Source: Ophelia neglecta (Eukaryota). From it: a stretch of 64,000 nt of DNA. Below the pieces are notes generated by a model. That model did not search any database. It was not told the origin of the DNA and saw only the letters and a list, made by a program, of their open reading frames with translations. Positions 40,201 through 52,300 of this stretch are shown piece by piece. The stretch is from positions 25,420,001 to 25,484,000 of the forward strand of contig OZ260662.1 of NCBI GenBank assembly GCA_965285935.1, given 5' to 3'. A program made the translations under genes and the position numbers. Each line of letters starts with the position of its first letter. Within the stretch, counting starts at the first letter, position 1.

Positions 40201-43200
40201 GTTCTGTAGACATTTGACGAGAAGAGCGAGTCAAAGTGTTTGTCTTTTAATATGACCTTTGACCTATGTCCCATACCTTTACTTTTATTTCCTAAAATAT
40301 TTGGCATGTTTTGAATGACACACTTCAGTGTTTTCCAATCAAATATCTCTCAGTAATATGTTATTCTCCAATTAAGTAACAAGACTTAATATGCAAAGCA
40401 CCATACAAGGCTATAAGATAAAATTGAGTGGTTAATGTGTGTCCGTCTGTCTCGTAGGTTGAAGAACGTGGAGAGTAATATGGAGACGGCCATGGAGTAC
40501 GCGCCTGAGAGTTTTGGCCAGGTGGCCATGTTATACATAGATTGTATGGTCAATGGCCATCCTGTTAAAGCCTTTGTGGACTCAGGCAAGTCACTTACTT
40601 TAAAACATAAATATCAGTCGGGCTTTTACCGGCCATAACTGTCCAGTACTCAGTTCACAATAATCTGCAGGCCATCCCTGGATTAAAAACGATGGCATAA
40701 TGTGATCCTTATTTGATCTGGTATACAGTGGTCACTGCGATGTAGGGCCCCTCCAATGAAGGGCCACCTGCGATGGCAGGCCACTTTTTGAATGCCCATG
40801 TCCTATCTTTACAATGTTAAAAATGCCTCTGGTGAAGGGCCACCTGCAATCTAGGAACACTTTTCCTTGGATATAGGGGTGGCCCTACATCACAGGGACT
40901 ACTGTATTTTCTTTTATTTGAAATGGAATACTTTACAAACATGTAAAAGATCTAAATTAGAATACTTTTTTTAAACAATATTAAGCTACTAGCAGGCTAG
41001 TAATTATAAAAAGAGGATCTTTATGTACAAAAATCTTAGAACTTAATATAATCTGACCAATGATAGTTGGTTAGGAGTTTATAAGAATATTTAATGTGTA
41101 TAAAATGTGACTTGTTGGTATTAGTTAAATGTAACAATTAGAGTTTGATTTCTTTTGCCTTTAATAATTAGCTTTACTCACTATATCTGTAATATTGTAT
41201 GTAAAATTTTTGTTTAGTTTCAAGTCTCTTTTGTATGGTGTTAAGGCCTTGAATCTGTTAAGTTTGTGTGACTTTAAACTTCACATTTAATTGAGTGTTC
41301 TTGTGTAGTTGAGATAATTATCTCCGTATATCACTGTATGGTGTTTTGAGGATGTGACATTGCATGGCCACACTGGGAGGTGGGGTGTTAACATCTATTA
41401 AACCCTTCCATGTGTGTACAGCTGTATCTCTCTGTACACTACATGTGTACAGTGTCATGGGCTACAGTCTCCCAAGCTATGCTACATTAAATGCATCAAG
41501 CAGAATGTTGTTTCAGGACTTGCAGCCTCAAGTTTTTGACTGACGAGTAGTATGAACAACATACAGTACAAAGGTAAATAATACTACTGACTATACACCT
41601 CCAGTTGACCTGGTAATCATGAGTATTTTGATTTACCAGGAGCCCAGATGACAATCATGAGCCAGAACTGTGCAGAGCGATGTGCCATAATGAGACTAGT
41701 CGACCGGAGATGGGCAGGCATAGCCAAGGGAGTCGGAACACAGAAAATCATCGGCAGGGTTCATCTATGTAAGCTTGCTGAAAACACATCAAAATGATAA
41801 ATTATTTTCACCATAGTAAAATGCATATAAGTATATTGTCGACTATATTTAAAGTGTAGATTTTAGCAATAATAATTTATTTATATTTATTTATATTCTA
41901 TAAATCTCAGGTCAAATAAAGATTGGTCCTGATTACCTGCAGTCCTCCTTCTCCATATTAGAAGATCAACCCATGGACATGTTGTTAGGGCTGGACATGT
42001 TAAAAAGACATCAGGTAAACCCATCATAGTGTGGCCACGAGAGTTGAACTAATAATGTCAAAAGCATAAAATTGATGCTGGTATTTCACATTGAAATGGC
42101 AGTGCTATAACCAAACAGAAATTGTTCTCTGAGGACAACAAACTGATTCTTGTGGCAATACCAAATGTAGTTTCAACAACAAATAATTTCTCAGAATTAC
42201 ATTTTTAAATGTTATCTCTAATGTCGAAGTTCAGACCCAGCTCAAGTATGATCAGAGTTCCTTAGGCATGCCTTTGTTAATGCTCATTTAGTGTTGTCTT
42301 GACCTGCGAGCCAACAAGCTGGTGATAGGGACGACCGGTACGGAGACCCCCTTCCTGAGTGAGGGCGACCTGCCCGAACACGCCAGACTCAACACCCAGT
42401 CATCAGAACCCTCCATGGAGGAAGACAGACAGTTGGCCGAGGCTCTGGCCAAGTCATCTTCAGAATCATCAGGTAAACATCATCCTAACTACCCACACAC
42501 ACCCACTCAGATTAATACTGTAAACTAATTCAGGGACTTATGTCCCTTTTATAACTAGAGGGTAAACAACGTACAGATATTATTAGTAATTAGTCTTAAT
42601 TACCTGTTTGAAACAAACTTAACCTGCTTGCCAATTGTTTTGCAATTGTTAAAATTTGAAAAAAAATTCTGTATGCACACTGTTCTGGCCTAAAATATGT
42701 CAAGGGGAATGTCAGAGGTTATAAAATAAATTTTTAAAAAGTCTACTATTGCATGGCCACACTAAGAGGTGGGGTGTTAACATCTACTAAACCTTTCCAT
42801 GTGTGTACAGCTGTATCTCTCTGTACACTACGTGTGTACAGTGTCATGGGCTACAGTCTCCCAAGCTATGCTACATTAAATGCATCAAGCAGAATGTTGT
42901 TTCAGGACTTACAGCCTCAATTTATTGGCTGACGAGTAGTATGAACAACATACAATTTATTATCAGTATAAAAGCTACTTTAAGAAAGACACTGTGAACT
43001 TACAACATTTGAAACCAGCTTGTCTGGGAACCAGCTTGCCCTTGTAAAGGTTCCTGTCACCACAACCCCCACCCCTTCCCTTCTTTTTTATGTGTTATGA
43101 TCATATTATCTTGTTTTCAGGCTCCAGTGCTGGCCCCTCAGGGACGCCCAGTTCCGGCAGCAAGCCCTCCTTTCCCTCAGCCCCCCCCCCTTCCCTCGAT

Positions 43201-43727
43201 TCCTTGTATGTATTATGACCTTATTATCTGTGTTTTCAGGCTCCAGTGCTGGCCCCTCAGGGACGCCCAGTTCCGGCAGCAAGCCCTCCTCTCCCTCTTT
43301 CCCTGAGGCTCACATATCCCAACTCATGTCACATGGCTTCTCTAGGCAGCAGGTTGTCGATGAGCTCACTCGTGCCAACGGTAACTGCTCACTCTCACTT
43401 CGTTATACTACTATTTGGTAATGAATGTGTTTACAGTCTCTGTATAACTGTTACATAGAAATTGATGTTGCGTGGAGTACGCTAGTTTAATACACGGCCC
43501 AAGGTGTTTTAAACCATGCCAATCTAATGATGATAGCCGGTATGCTAAAACAATGTTTGCCGTCAAGATATTGCTTGACAGAAATATTTAATTAAGAAAC
43601 ATACCATATTTTTAGAAAAGAATATTGCTTCATATACCAGTATATGCCTATCTGTTTCTATTTCTTAGGAAACATAGATCAGGCCCTTGCCGCGCTGTTC
43701 GCCAAGTCAATCCAGTTCCCGAAGTGA
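34292..43727 (+). CDS. DDI1: Protein DDI1 homolog (DDI1/DDI2): UBL, helical region, retroviral-type aspartyl protease, UIM, UBA; ~459 aa
   Basis: Exons: 34292-34598, 38309-38512, 40030-40156, 40458-40585, 41640-41768, 41911-42014, 42292-42472, 43240-43380, 43669-43727 (1380 nt, ends TGA). [36 protein letters not shown]; [17 protein letters not shown]; [35 protein letters not shown]; [19 protein letters not shown]; [14 protein letters not shown]; [16 protein letters not shown]; [41 protein letters not shown]. Confidence 0.96.
34799..36455. mobile_element. 1657-bp non-autonomous DNA transposon, ~66-bp TIRs, 9-bp TSD (MULE- or Merlin-like)
   Basis: TIR GGCAGTGGTTACGTTCGCGGA(C/T)GTTCCGCCGACGTAACATGCAGGTTATTTTC(A/G)CGGACCT at both ends with ~3 mismatches. 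TSD TTATGGTAT at 34790-34798 and 36456-36464. Subterminal TCCGCGAAAATAACCTG repeats; no transposase ORF. Confidence 0.92.
37494..37667. mobile_element. Degenerate TA-flanked MITE (Tc1/mariner/pogo-type)
   Basis: TA|CAATGAAACCTG ... CAGGTTTAGCTG|TA, with repeated GGCCACCT/GACCAC motifs similar in style to the 40726 element. Confidence 0.55.
40726..40904. mobile_element. TA-flanked MITE (Tc1/mariner/pogo-type), family shared with 62101-62262
   Basis: TA|CAGTGGTCACTGCGATGTAGGGCC ... GGCCCTACATCACAGGGACTACTG|TA; a second copy is in a CEP104 intron. Confidence 0.85.
41360..41568 (+). ncRNA. Intronic H/ACA box RNA, predicted scaRNA guide for U1 snRNA pseudouridine 6 (copy 1)
   Basis: Basal stem GCATGGC (41362)/GCTATGC, H box ACATTA (41484-41489), 3' hairpin ATGTTGTT...AACAACAT, ACA box (41563-41565). 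Pocket strands TCAGG (41513-41517) and AGTAT (41549-41553, starting 14 nt before ACA) pair with U1 AUACU[UA]CCUGG. Ends ~70 nt before the 3' splice site. Confidence 0.8.
42749..42957 (+). ncRNA. Intronic H/ACA box RNA, predicted scaRNA guide for U1 snRNA pseudouridine 6 (copy 2)
   Basis: Near-identical copy of 41360-41568 in DDI1 intron 7. H box ACATTA 42873-42878, guide strands TCAGG 42902-42906 and AGTAT 42938-42942, ACA 42952-42954. Similarity between copies stops right after the ACA box. Confidence 0.8.
43085..43290 (+). repeat. 119-bp-period tandem duplication of the DDI1 intron 7/exon 8 boundary
   Basis: TGTTTTCAG|GCTCCAGTGCTGGCCCCTCAGGGACGCCCAGTTCCGGCAGCAAGCCCTCCT occurs with exon starts at 43121 and 43240. 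Confidence 0.95.
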
Positions 43728-43996
43728 GCAGCCTGCGTGCAGCCGCGTGAATGTCGATTGTATTTGTAATGTATTGGTGTGTCTGCAAGCTGGAAATACT
43801 TGAAAGTGTGTGCAAAATGCTAGGACATTGTTTATTTTAACTGTTTTCCGCAACCTAGATTCAAATGAAGGCAGGTACAAGTTAATGTTAATGTGTTTAA
43901 AGGAGATGTGTATCCAAGTATTCTGGTTAGGATACAAGCAGGTTACTACTTAACAGCATTTTGAGCTCCAAGGCTATTTCAATCTTATTCTATTTG

Positions 43997-44002
43997 AATA
44001 AA
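43997..44002 (+). terminator. Candidate DDI1 polyadenylation signal
   Basis: First AATAAA seen after the stop codon (~270 nt), followed by T-rich sequence. Other AATAAA hexamers lie further downstream. Confidence 0.4.
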
Positions 44003-45679
44003 CACAGTGTAAATGATATTTTTTCATCAAATGTTATTGTTTCAAGCTATAATTGGCTGAATTTATTCTTTTTTATCAGATCCCAAAAGGTGAATAATAA
44101 TCCTAAATCAAGTGAATTATTGAAGATTTAGGTAATACAGTATCATAAAGATGGCAATCTCTGGAAAGACCGAAATAAATGTTGACTGTTAAATATTGCA
44201 GAATTCCCTAAACCTAGGACTTCATGTTCAAGCATTTCCAAAACCAAAAACTGTAGATGAATTTGTTGGAGAAATATTCTGAATATTGTTTAACATTTTA
44301 CATTATTGACAGGTGATAAGGGTGCAAGCAGAAAGCTGAGGTTTTGTGTATAAAAATAATGACTAGGTTGATGGTTAATTATCAGTCTCAGTAGATGGTT
44401 TATCTGTTGGAATGGTGGCTAATTAAATGTCTCAGTATACAGCAGGTTATCGGTTGTATAATATAAATGTAATATCATGATATCAAAGAAAGCATTCTCT
44501 TAGAGGTTTTTAACTTCTTGCACAAATTAGTAAAATTCATGCATGTATTTGAGTAACCTCCCAACTGCCCTATGATCCAACTCGGTTGTCTTCATCTTTT
44601 CATACCTTCCACTGTATTATGATAGAAATGTTTACTCCTTATTAACATCATTTATTGCTCAATATCCAAGTAGTATAGTCCTAGCCCTGGAAACGTTTGT
44701 GAAGTGGACAGTGCAAAACCATGACTGATGTAACAATGATGGCATAAGTGGAGTTGTGCATAATTCTGGGTACTACTAGTATCTGTTTTCATTTGCAAGT
44801 GGTCAGCTTTCCAATTGAGCCTACATTTAGTGCTGCAACCTTTTAAACATTAACACATTCAATAATGAAGGGTAATTCAATAAGATATTGTTTATTGTTT
44901 AATTAGGAAGGCTTGTTATGATGTTTACTTCCACACAGTGTATATGCCAGTCTTTGAGTGAGATCAGGTTGACTTTCCTACTTCACTTATTCAGGGATAT
45001 TATAATAGTACTTTTTCTGCTGTCCAAAATATGATGTTGATGGGAATTATTTTGTCAAAAGAAGTATTGACAATTAATTATACACATGATGATTATTGAG
45101 GAGTTCTACAATAAGTCTGATGTTAATATACAGTCATGTAGTGTAAGAAACAATTTCTCATCATGAAATAAATTGTACTCCACTGATTCTTTTATTGATT
45201 CTGCTTGGAAAAAAATGTCGCTAAGAAATTTTTGCTGTCTGGAAAATAGGGCCAGTCGGATATGTTTCATACTGCTGACCAACAACCACTTTTCTTACCT
45301 CCAAAGCTGATTGCAATTAAAAGGCAGTGGTAAGGCTGGGATAAGTGGGGCTACTTTCAGCTGTTCATATGGGAATTTAACATGGGAATGATGTTTTTAA
45401 AGCCCATACTTAGTGCTTGTTGAAGTAATCAAAACAAAACTTTCAGGGATGATTAACATTTTATAGGGCTTTCCATTCAGGTAAATTTCACATTTGTGTG
45501 ATAGCTACAGGTTTCGCAATGAACATGGAACCGCTGCAAATCTGTAGTCTAGCCCCACATTCAAGTGCTGACTATTGGTATGCAGTGCTGTCACCTCCTT
45601 GCTAGCAGGCTGAACTAGAATTATTACATCATCCCCGACTGACCCTATTCTCAAACCATGTTCCACCATATGTTTTCCT

Positions 45680-45755
45680 GGTGGTGCTGCTGGAAAGTAG
45701 TGCTGCTGTTCTAGAGTAGTGTGGTGCTGCTGGAGATAGGTGGTGCTGCTGGATT
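45680..45755. repeat. Short degenerate tandem repeat (GTGGTGCTGCTGGA)
   Basis: Four imperfect copies of about 20 bp. Confidence 0.7.
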
Positions 45756-48700
45756 GCAAATTCAGATGGAAAGTAGAGCTATAGTAGAGAAATCACACAC
45801 ACAGGAATTATTGTGCGAACTGAAAATGTTTGCTCTTGTCATGAAGCAAGTGGTTGAATTTTGGGGAATTTGGACTTACTAAAGTTACAGAAATTGGAGA
45901 ATCCAGTGTGAAATTATTAGCTAGGCCTACAAGACTTTTAACATAACCTTGATAGTGACCTACAAGGATCTAGAGACAAATTATGGTATATATTTTTATT
46001 TCAAAATAAAACTTATAGAACTTGTTGAAGAACTATAACTTCTGGAGAGACATAATCGCATGGGGGTTAGGGGAATTTTCGACTCTTGTGATCAGCCATT
46101 TTTTTTCGCCTTGATCTGGAAATTTTAGTCATAATTATATTAGACCCTGGATTTGAGACAAATGATTTCAATTTACTGTGACCTAGGAATGTTCGGTTAA
46201 TTTACATGTGATTGGAGAATCACTCATTCATGCTATCATAAATAAAGAGGAGGAATGGCTTATACCAAATCACAAGTCCAGATTTCAAATGTCCATGATT
46301 AAGGATGTGGCTCTTTTATAAACTGGGAATGGGGACCTCCAAATTTGATTGAACTTAATTTATAAAACAGAAGAATTAATTCTACTTGACTGATGTATTG
46401 GGCTTTGTGGTTGTCCGGTAGCCCTGCTGCGGCTGGATGAATTTTTTTGGCTTTATCTAAGCAACTAGATACACATGGAAACCATTTGGTTGTTTTTGGT
46501 GTCTACTTGGGGCTGAGGAATCTTTTTCGGGAATACTTTTCATGAATTTTGTACTACTACTGAAGTACTAAAATGTTTTCCACCACTCCCTGCTACACAT
46601 TTTAGCAAAAAAGAATAATGAGTTCGGCACCGAAATGGAAAGGGATAAAGTTCCTATGCCTGGCTATTCAATGATTAACTTCTGGTTGAAATCTGAAACA
46701 ATTAGCTATAATGGCAATGGATATAAAAATGACATACATTGTAATGCAGTCCATTGTAATGCACTTATTTAATATGGCAGTTAGGCCTAAAATTACTATT
46801 GGGAGGGTTGAGAAAAGTGTATGTGGTGATTCAAATAGTGTTTTGAACTTGACCTACAATTTAATGTCAAATGGATAAAATAATGATTTCAACCTATATT
46901 TTAGCAGTTAGAACCTAGATTGGGCATCCGAAAACATTTTTCACATTTTATCCGGTTCTCCCATTTGACATTGGTGTTCAATTTCAAGGTTAAATTATAA
47001 AACAAGGAGTTCAGCCTTTACTTAAGCTGTTAGAGCTTAGAAGTATGTTATAAATTTCTCAATTCTTTCAGAAATATCCAATTTGATCTCCATTTTTATT
47101 TTGAGGTCTCATTACCACAATGTATTTCCACCATTATCTTAGCAGCGACAGCCTTGCACTTGACTGAGAACCTGTTTGAACACTACATCTTTTGCATCTT
47201 ATAAAATTCTCAAATTACCTTGTTTAATTTTCTTTCAGGGTAGAGGAATGTCCGACAAACATTTTTACTATCCCTTTTAATTGGTGGGGGGCATGCGCTT
47301 CTCAATGCCTTGTTTAAAACTATTTTGATATTGATATATAAATTAACATGTAGATAGATAGATGTATGAAAGAGTTTCACGAGTATCTAGCTGAAGTAAT
47401 CTTTAATAATTAAGCAAAATTGTAACATTATTTACAAATATAAAAATATATAACAACATTGTGACATTTCCATATTAGACTGAAAAACAGTCGTGAAACA
47501 GGGCGGCAAATTTTGTAATCGTCAATTACTGGCCGTGGGCGGAATTCTAAAGATTGAATGGTTTTCAAGTTGAAAAATAATGATATTGCCGAAAAATGTG
47601 CCTAGACATGCATAGATCTAGATAAAACACCTATTTTGTTTCAACAATTATTTTGATTGTATTAATGACAAGTTTGAAGTTCCTTTTATGATGGTGTATA
47701 AAGTCTAGATACATAAAGAAATTGTGAAGAGTCAGGAACAATTTGGTTTTCAGAGAACTCTACAACAGAGTTGTCCCTTTTGGGGCAACACTTGGGGAAT
47801 TGGTCAACAGATTGGTAAGCAATGTTTTTAAATGGGTCTTGTGACCTAATTAACAACTTGGTGACTCAATGAAGCACTAACAGTGTACATTACATATACA
47901 TGTACCTTACACAATCAGCCTGCAAGTACTAGTTCCACATAAAATACAAACTGAAATCCACCACACACACCAGACTGCAAAGCTGATTTGTCAGACACTA
48001 CTTGATGAGGTCACAGGAAGTATCATAGCTGACTTCTCTACTGGCTTTTCTCCTTACTCTCAATTGATACAGAAACCAAACCATCAAGAGAGTGCTTGGT
48101 ATTTTCAAATTCTCATTTGAATCAAGCGACGAATACCTTTTCTTTAACGGGACGTGTTTAACTGCTAAAAATACACTGGTTTTACCTTACACTCATTGCC
48201 TTCACTGGATGGAATATAACTCGTGTGCAGTGGCCAACTGGCCATCTCCTTGAATTTAAAGTTTACTAAGCTATATGTCATGTACACTATTAGCACAATG
48301 TAACAATCTGCATAAAATTAATAAAATTACACAACTTGGTGTTCACAAATGAAACATGTACATTAAAATAAGTCATTTTTTACTAATAGAGCTACCGAAG
48401 CGGTGACACATTAACAAATTCATTGATAATAGTACAAATGCAGGTACAGAGGCCAATATTTTTAATGACCTTGGCAATGGGTTATGCAGCAAGATGATTA
48501 ACGATTACGTTACTGTATTTAAAATTATATTACATTTGGCAATTAAAGATTCTATTTAATTGAGGTCAGTTCATTAAAGCTACTTATGCTAATTAAACAG
48601 GTCTGTAGATGATTGCTATCATACTAACTAGAAAATGTATATAATTGTGTGCGTATAATTCTATCAGCCAGGGTTTACAATGAAATTAATGTACACTAAC

Positions 48701-49329
48701 TATCTTAAACACTCAAGAGTGTTTTTATCATCTAACTAAATAATTTGTTTGTATCTTCATATTGTTGTTTTAACTTTCATTATCACATTTATAAATAAGA
48801 TGGTTCTAAATGCCCATTGAAGGAAGGAATTAGTTTCCAGCTAACATAGAACATTGACAAATCTTACATACAGTAAAACAAAGAGTATAAGAGACATTAC
48901 AGTATAAAAAAACTATGCATTATTGCTCTCAGCACCATACAAATAGAAGCCATTTCATATGAAAACTATTGTATAGTGCAGAAAATGGGTTGAATTTACA
49001 AAAGCATTGAAAAAAATGCACATTTTTGTGAGATGATGGATAGCTTACTGTATACTAGCTATTAAAAAAACTACCGGTATGTGGAAAGCAGGTTATGTTT
49101 AAGAGATTCCAAAAAATGACAATAACTTAGTGCCGTAACGATTCTGTTGTGCATTCTACTATAACAATATTGTCTAAAATTCATAAAAATTATGTTATCG
49201 TATAGCATAGAAAATACATGTACCCTCTTTTGTTGAAGATCAGAACTTACAACACATCACATGACAATTTCAGTATACCTAGAATACATGTAAATGAATT
49301 GTCCCTTTAAATAGCTAGCTGGGTGGATT

Positions 49330-52300
49330 TTATTTGCGAGGCGTAGCTTTTGCCCCTGTTTTAGTGCCTGTCTTTGATGGTTGTGATTTGCCTCCTTTAC
49401 CCTGGCCCTTGCCTGAAAAAAAAGAAAAAATATTGGTCAAAACATGTTCTATCTAAACCATGTACAAGATTACTTTCAATTTTAAAAAAAGCACTGTAAA
49501 TCCCTTTAATTTAATGACTTATCCATCAGGTCATGCAGTGACATGTTAAGATTCATTGTGTTTCAATGTATTCCATGTGGTATATTAATTATTAAGTTCA
49601 TTTCATGTAAAAAAAACCTTTGAATTAATCAATCTTAAAGAGTTTGATCCAGTAAAAGCCTGGTACCCGGTCACCCTGAGGTAGGGTTGACCTTTTTTCC
49701 AAGCCCTGTACCTTGTTTGTTCAGCGCCTGTAGTCTGCGGGGGTTCTGCTTACAGCCGTCCTTCCCCATTAAATGAACCTTCCACCCTTCTTCACCGTTG
49801 GAATGGTTCTGATGGCACAGGGGACAGTGACTCTTGTTGGGCTCGGAGGCTGAAAGTCAAAATAAAATATAGTACACAATTATGTCAAGTATCCTGGTAA
49901 TTTGTTTCACTACTTATTTATTGCATCGGGCATATCTTTTTTTTTTATATTTAAGTATATAGGAACATATTTTTTAAATTCTAAAAGCTGCTTTATTCTG
50001 CAAATGACTTATCTGGTAATTGAAATGTTGCGTTTTCCTCAAGAGGCAATCAGACTATTTTATAGCCTGTTATCAGAAACTAATGCCTGTACATTAGGCT
50101 GTGGTAAGTAACACTTACGATTACAAGCTTTGTCTGCCACGTGTTGGTCAAACTCAGACTTTGGTATGGCCTCGCTGCACCTCGGACACTTGGCGAAGTC
50201 CTCTTTGGACTCACACTCTGTCAGCAAGTGATCAGTCAGACCAGCAATCTCAACCACCTGCAAGTATATACCGTATAGACATATACACGTGTAGGTGGAG
50301 CTTGTAGCTGTCAGCTCCCTTTGTGCCAGAGGGTGTTGCTTTCTCTTCACACACTGCTTTCATACACTGTTTTTGCGAGACACCTAAGCATAGAGGGAGT
50401 CACCTCTGCCAAGAACGATTATCTATCAGTTGAATAATACACTTCATTGTACATAAATGTTGTCAAAAAATAAGGGGGAAGAGTGGAATATATAATCACT
50501 TAATTGAAAGAGTTTAGGTTCATATAGGTTTATACAAAGTTGGGTGAGGGGGATGACATTTCCCTCTACTGCCTCTATTCCAGGAAAGTGAACTGTTCAC
50601 TAGGAATCTGAACTGTTCACCAGAGTAAATGTGGAGAAAACCCTGAATTCAAAGGTTCATGTACTGTATGCATCTTCTATTGATAGGCCTGATTATTTTT
50701 TGTCTCCTATTAACAGTACAAAGGAATGAAAATGAGATGTTTAACAGGTCTATAGCTAGGAAAGAAGACATTTTATATAACAGGTGAACAGCTAGAGAAA
50801 TAAGACTTTTTATATCTGTCGCTTGTTTCCTTACAAAACAAATACCTATTTCCTGTTTTGACAAATTGTGCCATTAAAAAACATATATGATGCAAAGAAT
50901 AACCTCACTGTGTGTGCTCTAGGAGACAGACATTACCCACCGCCCCGAATAACAAATAGCAAATATTTAGCCACATACTTTCAAAACTAATGTACAGCCA
51001 TACTTATTTCCCCAGTGCAGGCAACAAAATATATACCTAAGACATGACCATGGCATGGAACATAACTTACTTGATTCTGATCAGTGATGCAGTATACAAG
51101 AAAGTTAGTGTACGCAGACGGACATGCAGACAGAAGTATGTCCTATTTTCAATGTACTAGGCCATCACAAAACCATATGTTTTAAAGAGAGGGGCTGTCA
51201 TTACTACACAAAATATTAGAAATTAAAAACATTGCAGGTGATATACATGTATAAGGCATTCACAGTTGAAGCTTGCAAAAAGGGAGAATATAGAAAAAAA
51301 ATTGATTATTTATAGTATAGCCTGTTGTATTTGATACAATAGAACTTTATAAACAAGGCAGGAGAAATGGGACATGTTTTATTCAAGGGGAATGCTAACC
51401 TGTTTGCAGTAGGAGCAGCGTTTTAACATTGGACAACTCTTCCAGTAATGTAGATCCAGGCCCTCTTCAGTAAACTGATCATTTTTCTCGGCACAAAATA
51501 TACATGTCCTGGAAATGAATTATTAGAGCTGTAGGGTTAAACAGATAATAGAGAACTATCCATTTTATCAAAGTAAATACTTAATCTGTAGTCAATCCCC
51601 ACTGTGAGAAAATATAGATTTCTAAAAGAAGGGTTAAAATGTGGTATTCATGAATATGATCCACACCAATGAAAAAGCAAGGGTTTGAGAGTATTATATT
51701 TTGAGTCATCTGTTTTTACTTGTCAATCTGGAAGAGGGACTCGTCATCCTTCTCCTGCTTTTCGTCTGCAGGCTTCTTGGTGACTGGCTTCTGTCCGCCA
51801 GCTTTCGCCTTGCTCTCTTTCTTCTCCTAAAAACGTATTAACAAAATTAAATATAACCTGGAAGCTGTTTTGAATAATGCATGCAGGAATCTATGATCAC
51901 TATACCCATAGTGGACTGGGTCTGGGGCATCAATGTACGATGTATCTAGGAGCTTTGGCAGTTAGCAATGGACCAATCAGCGATTTGCATTGACAACAGG
52001 TCATTGAGTAAACTTTCGAACTATGAACTTTAAAGTTAATCTAAAAATCTATTTTATAGAAAATTAATCAATTCTTCCTGTGTCTCATCAGGTTGTATAT
52101 AATTATCTTCCTAAATATTGGAAGCTACACTATTCTGTAATTGTGCTACACAAAATAAATACAAAAGTTGAATAGCCCAATCACATTTATTGGTGGCCGT
52201 GTCTGGGTATTTGGGGGTAGGTTGGCTCAAGGAAAATTCAATTATAAATGATCATTGGCCAATGAGTGCCATGCATCATCGATGACAGTGATTCCTAGCA

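Larger units (their letters stand above)
40586..41639 (+). other. GC-AG intron (DDI1 intron 4)
   Basis: Donor TCAG|GCAAGT at 40585/40586 and acceptor TTTACCAG|GA at 41639/41640. This junction restores the catalytic D-S-G-A. Confidence 0.9.

Noticed and set aside
42034-42156. Possible C/D snoRNA in DDI1 intron 6 (stem GCCACGAGA/TCTTGTGGC, CTGA at 42143)
   Set aside because: No RTGATGA C box after the 5' stem and no recognisable antisense element.
44000-49300. Hidden gene between the DDI1 and CEP104 3' ends
   Set aside because: No convincing exon chain; consistent with UTRs, intergenic DNA and repeat fragments.
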